Positions 1 through 12,599 of a stretch of 64,000 nt of DNA are shown here, one piece after another (the stretch's first letter is position 1; each line of letters begins with the position of its first letter). The notes beneath the pieces were generated by a model. That model was not told the DNA's origin, made no database searches, and saw only the letters and a list, made by a program, of their open reading frames with translations. The stretch is from Octopus vulgaris (Eukaryota). The DNA lies in NCBI GenBank assembly GCA_951406725.2, contig OX597825.1:82770001-82834000 (forward strand). The letters run 5' to 3'. The position numbers were made by a program, and so were the translations under genes.

Positions 1-774
1 ACCTAATCGATAAATTGTTAATTAATTATTACTCTTTATTTAACTGAAATGAAGAATTTTGTTAACTTTGGTATTTTTCTAAATGAGAACATGGTACGTC
101 TTTGCGGTTTGCATTCATTTTACAGTTCTGTGTTTCCGAGTTTTCTCACATTGCGAAGTAACGTGAGATGACAGTCAAGTTCAGGAAGCCACATAGTTAA
201 GATTGCATTTTCCCTGCGTGATTTCTAGCCCCATTCCATGTGATCAAAAACGAAGACCTCATACTTTAAAGAGTGGATGAATTCTTGAAGATCAGCAGAT
301 TTTAAATTAAATAATGTATCCCTGAGTGTTCGTCTTCTTACTGCATCAGCATTATTACAATAGAGTATTTACCGTTTCACCATATTAATAATTTTAAAGT
401 GCATTGACTAGTGTGTGGAGTGTTCCGTTCCTCATCATCAGCGACTTCAGGTTCTAGAGTGTGTGGGTCGTTGTCACTTTGACAAAAGTAAACCTTTGCA
501 TAGTGCGATCTCTTTAAGATAAAATTGGAAAATATTAGTCTTGGGTTTCAAGGCTCTCATTCATATATTTTCAAAACTTACTTCTCTTAAAAAGCTCGCC
601 CACCATCATTTGCAACAAGGGGGTGAAAAGAAAAAAAAATCTTGGAAGATCCTCGTCAAAACGGAATAAATTCAACATATAAGGGTAAGGATTTTCCTGA
701 AGAATCGCCAAGTGATATAATAGGGAAAATTGCTCGACAACGTCAGGGTATTCAGTGTGGGGGTATCTGTGCTT

Positions 775-962
775 GTCGCTCCGCCATCGCTTGACAATCG
801 ATGTTGGTGTCTTTACGTTCCCCGAAACTTAAGGGTTCGGCAAAGAGGACCGATACAATACGTACTCGACTTACAAAGAATGAGTTCTGGGGTCGATTTG
901 TTCGACTAAAGGTGGTGCTCCAGCATTGCCGCAGTCACATGACTGAAATATTAAAGAATAAA
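775..962 (+). mobile_element. SINE family A, 3' half
   Basis: Matches the 3' half of the full copy at 42156-42572 (cgcttgacaa.cgatg.tggtgt ... cgactaaagg.ggtgctccagcat.gccgcagtca.atgactgaaa). Confidence 0.85.
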
Positions 963-1129
963 ATAATTTATGTATATATGTATAAAAGGCAAATAAGTAA
1001 CAATGATGCCCAGGTGTGCATTGGTACCTGGATATCCTTGTTACTTATTTGCTTTTTATTCACTAACTTCGAGCTGAGTGGACTTTACCGAACTGGGTTG
1101 GTACCTCAATTTAAGTAACTAATTCAACT

Positions 1130-1378
1130 GTATGTATGTATGTATGTATGTATGTATGTATGTATGTATGTATGTATGTATGTATGTATGTATGTATGTA
1201 TGTATGTATGTATGTATGTATGTGTGTGTATGTATGTATGTATATGTATGTGTATGTATGTATGTGTGTGTATGTATGTATGTATGTATGTATGTGTGTA
1301 TGTATGTATGTATGTGTGTATGTATGTATGTATGTATGTGTGTATGTATGTATGTATGTATGTATGTGTGTATGTATG

Positions 1379-1410
<32 letters not shown>

Positions 1411-1504
1411 TGTATGTATGTATGTATGTATATGTATGTATGTATGTATGTATGTATGCATGTGTGTATGTGTGTATGTATGTATGTATGTATGCATGCA
1501 TGCA
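1130..1504. repeat. (TATG)n microsatellite, about 375 bp
   Basis: Direct reading; explains the HTYI/MYVC ORFs. Confidence 0.99.
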
Positions 1505-1507
1505 TGC

Positions 1508-1711
1508 TACCCACAAGGGGCTAAACATAGAGGGGACAAACAAGGACAGACAAAGGGATTAAGTCGATTATATCGATCCCAGTGCGTAACTGGTACTTTA
1601 TTTATCGACCCCGAAATTTGAAGTCGGCGGAATTTGAACTCGGAACGTAACGACAGACGAAATACGGCTGCGCATTTCGCCCGGCGTGCTAACGTTTCTG
1701 CCAGCTCGCCT
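1508..1711 (-). mobile_element. SINE family B (tRNA head plus Deu/Nin-like central domain)
   Basis: Reverse complement of ggcgagctggcagaaacgttagcacgccgggcgaaatg...gagttcaaattccgcc...ggggtcgataaataaagtaccag...ccccttgtgggtag, repeated many times in the window. Confidence 0.9.
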
Positions 1712-1834
1712 TATATGTGTGTGTATATATAAATCTATATATATACACACAAACATATCTGCCGATGTAGATTCCGTTGTTCTATTTCAGAAGTTGACTG
1801 TTCATAAATGAACAGACGTCGGTTCTGCACAGCA

Positions 1835-1950
1835 GTCCGATAGAATAAGTACTAGGCTTACAAAGAATAAGTCCTGGGATTGATTTGTTCGACTAAAGGC
1901 GGTGTTCTAGCATGGCCGCAGTCAAATGACTGAAACAAATAAAAGAAAGG
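1835..1950 (+). mobile_element. SINE family A, 3' fragment
   Basis: ccgatagaataagtactaggcttacaaagaataagtcc...gcatggccgcagtcaaatgactgaaac, as in the 42156 copy. Confidence 0.85.
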
Positions 1951-2024
1951 ATATCTATATATATCTATCTATCCTTCTATCCATGTATCCATCTATCGAC
2001 CTCTCTATCTATAGATATATATAT

Positions 2025-2363
2025 GGTGACCCCCTTCGGTCAGGCACTGACCATGGGTTTGAACCTAGAGAGTTACCCTCTGAGGCACAAGTCTGGGCAA
2101 GGTTGTTTTATGGAAGACCAGCAGTCGCCCATGCATACCGGCCTCCCCTCTCCACGTCACCGATGTTGTCCAAGGGAAAAGCAAAGGGGCCGATACAGCT
2201 TGGCACCTGTGACGTCGCAACTCATTTCTATAGCTGAGTGAACTGGAGCAGCGTGAAAAAAAGTGCTTTGCTCAAGAACACAACACGCAGCCCGGTCCGG
2301 GATTCGAGCTCACAACCTCAGGATCGTAAGCTCGAGGCTCTAACCACTGAGCCACGCGTCTTC
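2025..2363 (-). mobile_element. SINE family D, tRNA-derived, near full length
   Basis: Minus strand starts gaagacgcgTGGCTCAGTGGttagagc (A box) ... gctcgaatccc (B box), then a CORE/V-like block (gtgttcttgagcaaagcac...tgctccagttcactcagct). A related decayed copy lies at 12905-13110. Confidence 0.8.
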
Positions 2364-2928
2364 ATACATGTACATATTCATGTGCATATAACAATACTTA
2401 GTATTAGCATAAAGTCGATAATTATATAAAGGACAACCTTTATCTTGTTTGTCTCAAACGAACTCTCTTTAATCTCAATTCTTACACTGGAGTACATTGT
2501 TATGTTTTTGTAGTTGATGGATCACTCCATTACTCACTTTAGTTGAGATGTGTTTCTTTATTGACATTTTTCTTTGTTTTCCTGTAAATCTGTATTTCTT
2601 TTTGCGCAGATAATACTTCTTCCTGTGACCTATATATATACGAAATATTTTGAGGATGTTTTAGTCTGTTTATTTCCTCACAACAGGTAATTAAATCTTT
2701 GAAGGCATAGACTCCAAGTGGTCCATAAGTGGAACCTGCTGATAATATTGCGCATTCTTTATTCTGGAGAAGGGTCTTACTGAAAATGTCACAAAATGTC
2801 ATTAGCCCACACGATTATATCTCAAACGAATATCTATTTAAGTATCAGTCTACTAGTAATACAATTTCTATTTTTACATATGTATGTTAGTAATTGAGCT
2901 TATATATATATATATATGTATATATATT

Positions 2929-2963
<35 letters not shown>

Positions 2964-3169
2964 TTGTTTGTGTACATATTCATGTATGTGCATACACACA
3001 CATACATATATGTATAGATATATGGATATATATTATATTTTAGAAAGAAAACTATTTATATTAACTTTAAAATTTCGGCCAGCTAAGACATCGTCGGATA
3101 TCTCTGGGCAAAACGTCCAAGTCAATGTCTATTCTTTTGTTTTTAAATAGTAATATATATATATATATA

Positions 3170-3322
3170 TATGAATACAAAAATGGAGTTAACGCAGGTG
3201 TAATCAAATATTTTTACTTTCGACACATGTTTCGAAAATTCCACTGATACTATTTTGCTGCCCTGGTAACTATTTATTTATTTATTCCCTGTTAATTGTT
3301 AACAAGGTTAAAATACATTCAT
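3170..3322. mobile_element. Penelope-like terminal remnant between TA tracts
   Basis: Shares two modules with 16150-16350 (aaatggagtt...tactttcgaca.atgtttcgaa and taccaggg.agcaaaat). The minus strand has GAAAC-ATGT-GTC, a hammerhead 3' half. Confidence 0.5.
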
Positions 3323-3486
3323 CTATATATATATATATATAAAACAATAAATTAAACAGATACATATGACTATCCTATAATTTATTTATATTATAATATA
3401 ACATAATATACTATGAATATACTATAATATAAGAAACAATTACTTAGAAAACTAAAAATGCCAACAATTTCTGTCGACTTATATAC

Positions 3487-3522
<36 letters not shown>

Positions 3523-4472
3523 CATGATTAACAAGGAAGACAGATGTGCTGTAAGCTCTCTATTAACACGACGGTTGTTTCGGATTACATCTGCACTGCT
3601 CCTTAGTGGGTGGGGAACGATATAATGGAATCGAATGCACCCCACAACGCAGAAGAAACATCATCAGGTTACGTAATACTTTACAGTGTTACAATATGTA
3701 TATATTGCTACTGTGTGTGGCAGGGTGGCGACTGGTAGTATGTGCTGAACGTGATCTCAAGGCACACTACTTAGGAATACCCACGATAAAGTTTGGGAAC
3801 TACCATATTAAGTCTCTTATTTAAACTTTTATTTCAAACATAATCTGTGTGTGTGTGTACAGATAAGAAAAGAAATGGGGCAACAATTAACCTTTAGAAG
3901 TTGATCATTGGTATTAACAGGTCAAAGTTTAATTGTAGTTAAAAAACCATTTCCAGCTGTTTCAGTTTGTTATTTTAGAAGTAAATTTGCATTTATATCG
4001 TTCCGTTTAACGAAGATCGTCAGAACGATTTAGTGTTTATCGAGGGAATATATGCAGGAGGAAAGAAAAGGGAAAGGAAAAGGAAAAAGGAAAAAAGAGA
4101 AAAAGTTCGTTAAGTCTTTAGGCTTAAATTTTTGTGTCATTTAAGGTTCCACGTGTGGGATATATTAAACCACGGTTTACCATTTAAATTACCAACTACT
4201 CTTAACCTTACAGCAAGCCCTATACATGGTGAGATAGTACACCGGTAGTGCCTACGGATACATTTATCCTTAGAAGGTTACATAACCTCTAACTCATAAT
4301 TTTATATAAATATACATACATACACACACATATATATATGTATATATATATATATATATAGGTATGTATGTATGTATATATAAATATATATAATAATAAA
4401 TATTAGGGAATAAATCCAAATTTACAGGGAAAAATCAGATTTAGGATTGAATCCAATTTTATAGTAAAATAT

Positions 4473-4686
4473 TATATTATAATAAATTAGAGACAAAACC
4501 ACTATTATGCAAATCAAACAAAGAAAGACTTAAGCCAAGAATGTCTCAAAGATGTGCTGACACGAAACGATCGTAGTGGTTATTTATAATTGTTAAATTT
4601 TAATTTATATAAATTATTTTATGTATTGGCTTAAGTCTTTCTTTGTTTGATTTGCATAATAGTGGTTTTGTCTCTAATTTATTATA

Positions 4687-4691
<5 letters not shown>
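4473..4691. repeat. Perfect 66-bp inverted repeat with 87-bp spacer (Penelope-like fold-back)
   Basis: 4473-4538 is the exact reverse complement of 4626-4691. The spacer has gtg-ctga-cac GAAAC GATC GTA. Flanked by (TA)n. Confidence 0.9.
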
Positions 4692-4766
<75 letters not shown>

Positions 4767-6514
4767 ACATACACACACACACATATATATATAAATATAT
4801 AACCACATATATACATATATGCAATTGGCCTTTATGTAAAATATCGAATGTAAATATGAGTCATACATCTCAAAATATTGTTTCCTACTGCTTTCCACAG
4901 ATACATTTCAGATACACAAATTATACGCAACTGTTTATCAAAATAAATTTGTTTCCGATTCATTCTAGACTATAAATATTCATTTTTGTTCGTCCAGCTA
5001 GAACTCTACAGAGTGAAGTATGAACATTGGAACTAGTCTCAATGGAACACATTCTATTCAATTCGTTCATGCTGCACTAATATTTGTCATTTGCTTAAGT
5101 CGTTTAACCTTTTGTATAATGTATCACCTCATTATTTTCACGGATATATCACCGCAAATTTCATTAATAATCCGCAAGGAAATTTCATTAAGTTATTTTA
5201 TTCCCAATATTGGATTTAAATAAAACAAACAAAAGAACTACAACGGAATCATAAGAATAGAATATAAATAAAATAAATAAAATGTAAACAAAAATAGAAT
5301 GAAATTAGTTTTTGTGATTCAATCGTATTTTCAACAAAAAAAAAAATGACCCATGCTTCGACTTACAATGACAAGTATTTCGATTTTTTTCTTAAATTAC
5401 ACACGACTGGCATATTCCTCATTGTTCTACTCTCAATAACCCTAATCCCGCAATCTTCCAGCCACTACAGAATAGTCTAGACTTGGTGCCGACCACAATG
5501 TGGCAACATCATTACCATATTTAGAATTTGCGTTACTACTGGACATTCCTTCAACTTTTCTTTTAGTCGTCATCGATTTTCTTTTCACCATTCTTATTTT
5601 TTCTTTCCTTTTTTTTTATTTTCATTTATGGTTTATTGATTTCGACTACTCGTTGTCACCACCGACACAATCGCTGTAATCAGCACCATTTTCTGCAGCG
5701 TTTATCCTTGTGTTTTTGTCTTGTTTTGTGTTGTTTCCTACGGATTTTGCATTGGCCAATGTTCCTATTCTTTCCAGCACCAGTCAGCTTTAATTAATCC
5801 TGTCCTCAATGTCACTTTTCCAGCTAAATGTCTTCGTATTGAGTTCAAGCTATCTTAAGTCATCGGACTAAAATGTCTGCGCAAGAAAGAGGAAATACTA
5901 TATCCGATACGCTTATTATTATTATTAGTAGGCTCCACAGCATCATCATCATCATCGTCAACGTCGTCATCATCGTTACAATCGTCGTCGTCATCACTAT
6001 CATTATTACTATTGCTATCCTCTGCTTTCAATTTTGTTTCCATTTCTTTCCAAGTGTCTTCTCGACACCTGGGGCAAAGAAACCTTGGTAAGTTATTAAA
6101 GTAAACACACCAGATTGCTCATTTAAAGAAAGAAAGAAAAAGGGAAAGTAAAGTGGAAAAATTTTAAATATGGAAACGGAGGAAAAAACAAGAAAAAGAA
6201 AACCAAAAGAAAAAAGCAAAGAAAATTCATAGCGACAATGCTTTTCTCGATACGTTTGACTCACCAGTTAAAACAATCTTTTGAACTTTCTGCATGAAGA
6301 GTAAGTCTGGTATCATTCTCACATAATTTCAGTTCCTCTTTGGATCATTCCAAGTGCTTCTTCCATCATTTGTAGTGTAACCGTTCTGAGATATTCTTTT
6401 TAACTCAGTGTTTGTTGGAACACATGGAGTCTTGCATGCGCACCATGGTTGCTACGTGCAACCTACGGTAGTGTACTGTCTACTTTTCAACTAATATTTG
6501 CATTATTATTACGC

Positions 6515-6700
6515 TCGGCGACCTGGCAGAGCCGTTAGCTCGTTCAACAGCGTTTCCGTTCTGAGTTCAAATTCCCCCGAGGTCAGCTTTGCCTCTCATT
6601 TTTACGATGTCGATAAAATAAGTACCATTTCGTTACTGGGCTTGATGTAATCGATTTACCGTCGAAATTGGTTGCCGTATGCCAAAGTTTGAAATTATTA
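6515..6700 (+). mobile_element. SINE family B, degenerate
   Basis: ggcgacctggcagagccgttagc...ttctgagttcaaattcc...gtcgataaaataagtacca. Confidence 0.7.
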
Positions 6701-7198
6701 GTGTTATTTTTAAGGGGGAGAGCACTGAATGCCATCAAAGTGAGACTGGGGTTAAATATACGAAGCTCAGTATGCACATCATGACTATCCGTCTGATAAG
6801 GGTACGCCAGGTACATGCAATACAACCATATGTATGTGACGTGGTGATCTCATATCTAGATAAACAGCGCATGGCCTTGTAGGTGGGGCACAGTTAGAAT
6901 TTTCCTCATGTCGAGTGGCCCATCCCGCTCAAACGGTCCTTGAATAAGGGTTGTTAGGGGATCTTGGATGAAACACCCTTGTTTCTAGAGGTGAAGGATC
7001 CACACCCCAAAGAGTCCCACTCAGCGCATGGCTACGATGCTCCCCCACTACTTCTGCTCGTGATTAGAGATGCACATATCGTCAGCCACTAAGAGACATG
7101 TTCAACATGTCCTTTCCGTTTTCTTTTACGCATGGATAAATTTTTCACTATAGACCTTAATGGTCGTAAAGACACTATATCAGTATTTAGACTAAAAA

Positions 7199-7517
7199 AG
7201 GCCTTCATAGAGAAAGCTGCCCCTGTTTCGACTGCAGATGACACACACATAGCATTACAAACACGGCCTGCACCCCACCTTCACATTCTATGACTACAGT
7301 TGTGATCGACCAGGTACCGGATACGGATTCTGGATAATTTTTCCTTATTTTTTTTTCTAAGTTTTGAGAGTAGCTGTGTTCAGTTTTAGTATTCTCGTTT
7401 GTGAGAGCAGTCAAATATATTTCAGAGATTCTCATTTTAAAAACTATCTCCAGCTAATCGTTGGGAGGACATCGCTGTTGGCTTGGCGGAGTTTTGCACT
7501 CTCTGAGTGCTCTTGTT
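7199..7517 (+). mobile_element. Non-autonomous Helentron-type (HINE/DINE-like) element
   Basis: 3' subterminal motif cttggcggag, then hairpin gcactc-tct-gagtgc (7496-7510) and tcttgtt. Internal ttagtattctcgtttgtgagagca is shared with 9056-9079. Confidence 0.6.
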
Positions 7518-7909
7518 GTGCATGTTAATTTGGTTAGTAGGTATTCTATCTTGAGATTTGATGACAAGTTCTCTAAAATCTCAAAACTTTTTCTTAGGAT
7601 TGTTTCAGAATATAGGATAATACATTTTCTGCAGATCGACAATACGAATAGCAATTTCACTTTCTTTCAGTCTTTTGGGTAACATTTTGTGTGTTTTTTC
7701 CAAGTGCACCTAGTACAACAGCAATAATTGATGCTTGAGTCTTCCACAATCGCCTCATCTGTCGAAAGTATTCTTTCTTTATTCTGTACGACTCGGCATT
7801 TCAAAGCCAGTATCGCACTAACAATAATGTATTCCGCGTTTAGTAATCCTCTCCCTGCTTCACTTTTCGATCAGTATTATTTTAGAAGGGAGTGCGTTAT
7901 ACATTGTTT

Positions 7910-7963
<54 letters not shown>
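7910..7963. repeat. (TAG)n microsatellite
   Basis: Direct reading. Confidence 0.99.
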
Positions 7964-7964
<1 letters not shown>

Positions 7965-8535
7965 ATCGTGTGACAGTCTAAGCAGTGTAAGCAAAGTCTC
8001 TTATGATATAGTCCATAAAAGCAAAATGGTCGTTTCTTGGAACTGAGATGACCAAAAGGTTACTGTTACAAAACAATTCCTTGATATCCATGTAGAAGCT
8101 AAGCCATAGGAGGTCGAATACTTGTCGCCATGAACGTAAATAATAAAATCCCGTTGCCGTGATTCTGGCTACCAAAGTTCCAGTCAATAACAGACATTCC
8201 AACACGCTTTCTGAATGCAGTATTCATTGTAGTTTCAATCGAACCTCAAGAATTTTCTGTCTGATCTATAAGACGGCATTATTACTTATTGGTTTTGTGT
8301 TATTATATAATTCCTTAAATATTATAAGCTGGCGGTGACCAGATTCCATTGCAGCAAAGGAAAATATTGCTTGTATTCAATGCGGAGAAAAACAAATGGA
8401 AGAACCTCTAAATTGATAGAAACTCGATTGTGGATATATATCTTATGAAGATTCGATTTATATAAACTTGAGAGTTTTACGATATATTGGTATGCGTGTA
8501 CAAATATATGTTTGTACAAATGTATAAATATATGT

Positions 8536-8842
8536 GTGGAAGCGCAATGGCCCAGTGCTTAGGGCAGCGGAATCGCGGTCGTAGGATCGCGGTATCGATT
8601 CACAGACCGGGCGTTGTGAGTGTTTATTGAGCGAAAACACCTAAAGCTCCACGAGGCTCTGGCAGGAGTGGTGGCGATCCCAGCCGTACTCTTTCGCCTC
8701 AATTTTCTCCCACTCTTTCTTCTTGTGGCCTGCTCGCTTAGCCAGCGGGGTGGAGTCATTTGAAGGCTAAAACAATGCGAAGCGCATTGTGACCAGCGAT
8801 GTGTAGCAACATCTGATAACTTGCTCAGTCATGGTGACGCTG
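8536..8842 (+). mobile_element. SINE family C (tRNA-Arg-like head), full length with 12-bp TSD
   Basis: gcgcaaTGGCCCAGTGcttagggcagcgg...ggtatcgattc head. TSD ataaatatatgt at 8524-8535 and 8843-8854. Confidence 0.85.
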
Positions 8843-8929
8843 ATAAATATATGTATCAAGCATAGAAGCTATTTACAAAATCTATATAATGGATGAAAGC
8901 AATATCCGTACTGGCAAGTAATGTTTGTC

Positions 8930-9223
8930 GCCACTTCAACATGTCTGTTCCGTATGAACGGACGTTACTGCAATTATTTTTAGCCCCAAGAGCACATTTC
9001 TTCTAGCTGGTTAATAATGCAGCCTGTATCCGATATTTTGCGAGCAAGGGAGCTTTAGTATTCTCGTTTGTGAGAGCAATCGATTTTATTTAATATATTC
9101 TCGTTTTAAAATACATCTCCTGCTAATCAATGAGGGGACGCTGGTGTTTCCTTGGCGGAGGTTTGCGCCAAAGTAACCTCCGCCAAGGTGGCCTTCGGGA
9201 AGATTGCATTGAGTGCTCTTGTT
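8930..9223 (+). mobile_element. Second Helentron-type non-autonomous element
   Basis: Homologous to 7380-7517; ends ccttggcggaggttt...gagtgctcttgtt. Confidence 0.6.
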
Positions 9224-10449
9224 TGAAGTGTTCTTATTTGAAGTAACGACAAACATTACTTGCCAGTACAGTTACTACTTTCCACTCTTACACAGATTTT
9301 ATAACTGGTTGCTTTGCTTGTTACAAGATCAGCAACTGAATGGCGCTTCAATTTCTATATATTGCGGATTGAAGCGACCTGCTGCCATCTCTAGTAGACA
9401 AGGTGTCTAGTATTGAGGAAGGGCAGAAATAGCCGAAGCCAGGCTAGTCTGCTGGACCTATCGCTGAAAAGTGGTAAGAGTTCGCTCCCTGGCTCATAAT
9501 ATATGGGATGCAGGTTGCATCGTTAAAACATCGCAGTAACGTCCGTTCCAACGAGACAAACATTACCATATACATATAAAAGAACACTTGGTAGTTATTT
9601 CCTATGCAACATTTCTTTCACACAATTCAAGACAAAGGTGGTGGATCGAAAAACGCAAATATCAAATAGATTATCAGGTCAATTTGGGAAAGAAATTTTT
9701 CAGTCGGCCATTAAATTCAACTATTTCGCTACTGTTCCCGATATTAGAACTGGAGATTGATATTAGATTGTAGTTTCTAGATCTGCTGAATATAGGAGTA
9801 AAATCTCTCGGAATTTACAGCCTACATTTTAAAAAAGTATTTTTCCACTCGATAAGAAGGTCCTCAAAAGACAAGGCAAAAACCCTAAGTTTGTGCAACA
9901 AGAAAATGGAAGAAATTTCAGTTGTATTACAGCAAAACTCATATATTTAACAGACTGCCCTAAATTACATTCATAATAACCTCGTCTGTGAATTAATTTT
10001 AAAGATAATCCCACTGGTAATGTTCGTATAAGCGGTAAAAGAATTCCATGTCCAACTAAATGGAATAAAAAGATCTAAGGACGGGCAACTGATTATGTTT
10101 ACATGTAGATTAACCTTTCACTGGTAATCTTGAGGAAATTGTTATAAAGTTTATTCGTTTTACTGTCTGTCATATATGAAAGCACACATTAGTATTTGAA
10201 TATATAAACACGAAGAAACCATTTCAAATTGGATATCAAACATCCAGCCAGATATCACATACGTTTGGTATTCTGTAGCTCAATATATCAGGCATTTGCG
10301 TGATAACGTTCTTCATACATTATTCAAAAGATCCAATGAATTCATTTTGCAAATAATAGTTGGCCTAATTCTTGTGACTTATAGATTTTGAAATAATAGT
10401 AGAACCCGTTCATGCATAAATATTTTGAAGCATCCATTAAATACGTTAA

Positions 10450-10870
10450 TGGTCCTGCTTAGCCCAAGCGTAGAGGAGGCAATAAAAGGACGTAAGCTAA
10501 TGTCATTTTCTCCCAGTTGAACCTCTCAACGCACTGTAGTGCTGTACAAAGAGGCAGATGCTGCGATGCCCTCCATGTGTTTGGGATCAGATAAGCTTAC
10601 GGCAAATTTCATCAGCAGAGGTTCCGATGCAGATATCCGCATCCTAGTTCACACCGGATGCTCTAAAAGGCTCAAGTTTCCGCAATAGCGGGTCTAGAGT
10701 CAGTACGTAAAGCACTGAAGTGGCAACATTCACATACTAAGAGAGGGTAACATTCACAAAGCAAGCGCATAATTCGTGAATAGTTTCCATAGAAGGCTAT
10801 TCCCTTTGACTACTGAATCGAGGCAAATGTACACTAAAGCGACCAAAGAACTGTTCTGCATTTTATAATA
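10450..10870 (-). pseudogene. L1/Tx1-like reverse transcriptase relic
   Basis: Minus strand near 10674-10725 translates VLYVLTLDPLLRKL (compare L1/Tx1 SPLLYVLALEPLLRKL), followed by SADEI at the expected YADD position. Heavily disrupted. Confidence 0.5.
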
Positions 10871-10903
10871 ATTCCATTTGCCTCCAATATTCCTCATAGA
10901 TAA

Positions 10904-11690
10904 GGCGGCGAGCTGGCAGAAACGTTAACACGCCGAATGAAATGCTTAGTGGTATTTTGTCTGTCGTTACGTTGAGTTCAAATTCCGCCGAGGTTGACTT
11001 TGCCTTTCATCCTTTCGTGGTCGATAAATTAAGTACCAGTTCCGCACTGGGGGCGATGTAATCGACTTAATACCTATGTCTGTCCTTGTTTGTCCCCTCT
11101 ATGTTTAGCCCCTTGTGGGTAATAAAGAAATAGGTATTTCATCTGTCATTATGTTCTGAGTTCAGATTCAGCCGACGTCGACTTTGCCTTTCATCCTTTC
11201 GGGATCGATAAATTAAGTACCAGCTGCGTCCTCGGGTCGATCTAATGGACTGGCCCCTCCCACAAGATTTGAAATAATAGTTATTAGTAGTAGTGAAGGC
11301 GGCTAGGTGGCAGAATCGTTAGCACGCCGGGCGAAATGCTTAGCCGTATTTCGCCCGTCGCTACGCTCTGAGTTCAAATTCCGCCGAGGTCGACTTTGCC
11401 TTTCATCCTTTCGGCGTCGATAAATAAGTACCATTTACGCACTGGGGTCGATATAATCGACTAAATCCATTTCTCTGTCCTTGTTTATCCCCTCTGTGTT
11501 TAGCTCCTTGTGGGTAGTAAAGAAATAGGTATTTAGTCCGTCGCTACTTTCTGAGTTCAAATCCCGCCGAGGTCGACTTCGCCTTTCATTCCTTCAATAA
11601 GATAAGTACCAGTTGGACATTGGCTTCGATCTACTCGACTCGTCCCCCAAGCTGCCTTGTGGCAAATATTTAAAATAATAATATTAGTCA
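10904..11690 (+). mobile_element. Tandem cluster of four SINE family B units (two head + headless dimers)
   Basis: Heads at 10904 and 11298. Each tail aagaaataggtattt runs straight into a headless second unit at about 11131 and 11526. Confidence 0.92.
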
Positions 11691-12316
11691 AGTCCAAGAT
11701 TGGCCTCGGTGGGTTTTGAACGTATAATGATACGTTACTCAGCACTGAATATATGTTATCCAATATTTATATAATTCACCAACCGAAGGCTTGACTTCTA
11801 TATTTCAGCGCTACTCTTATTATTCTGCTTTTATTTTCGTGGCTTTGAGTGTGCGTATTTCTGTCCAGCATAATCTCTATGAATACTAAGCGAAATACAA
11901 TACTTGTTGTGTCAAGTATGACTACTGCATCAATATATTGATATCATGTTGCCTTATTTCCATTTGTAGAATTTCTTCAACATCTTTTCTCTCCTGTAAA
12001 TATACACGGATATCTATTTTAGGTCTTTTTTTCTTTTTTTCCTTTTAAATTCGAATCTTTATTTTCAAACATAATTTCAATTACTGCCTTCCTTCTTTAC
12101 GCTATGAGGTCAACTAGCGACTCGTCGGGAAGTTCATGACCTGCTCTATGTAGATGTCATGAACTTTTCATGGGAAAATACAAAGGTTGCTTCACTCTGT
12201 CTTTCTTCGTTTTTTTTTCCTTTACAAGACACTTTGTTGTGGGCCATAGCCAATAGTACAAAGGCAGAAGAAGAAGAAGAAGAAGAAGAGAACCAGGCGC
12301 GGTTTCGTAATATATC

Positions 12317-12554
12317 TATTTCTATTTCTTTACTATCCACAAGGGGCTAAACACAGAGGGGGCAAACAAAGACAGACAAACAGATAAGTCGATTGTATCG
12401 ACCCCAGTGCGTAACTGTTACTTATTTCATCGACACCGAAAGGATGAAAGGCAAAGTCGACCTCGGCGGAATTTGAACTCAGAACGTAACGGCAGACAAA
12501 ATACGGCTACGCATTTCGCCCGGCGTGCTAACTTTTCTGCCAGCTCGCCGCCTT
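12317..12554 (-). mobile_element. SINE family B, young full-length copy with 17-bp TSD
   Basis: TSD cggtttcgtaatatatc at 12300-12316 and 12555-12571. Confidence 0.93.
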
Positions 12555-12599
12555 CGGTTTCGTAATATATCACTAAGCAAAATACCACGTTCTACATTA

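Noticed and set aside
1111-1621. Six long ORFs (HTYI/MYVC repeats), and similar YIYI/THTH/CVCV ORFs throughout
   Set aside because: Translations of microsatellites, open in all frames.
6712-7110. GC-richer segment that looks like an interspersed repeat
   Set aside because: Only one copy in the window and no diagnostic termini, so it cannot be classified.
8536-8615. tRNA genes at SINE heads (also 2290-2363, 25011, 39428, 42156)
   Set aside because: A and B boxes are present, but there is no closed cloverleaf or T-run terminator, and each continues into a SINE body.
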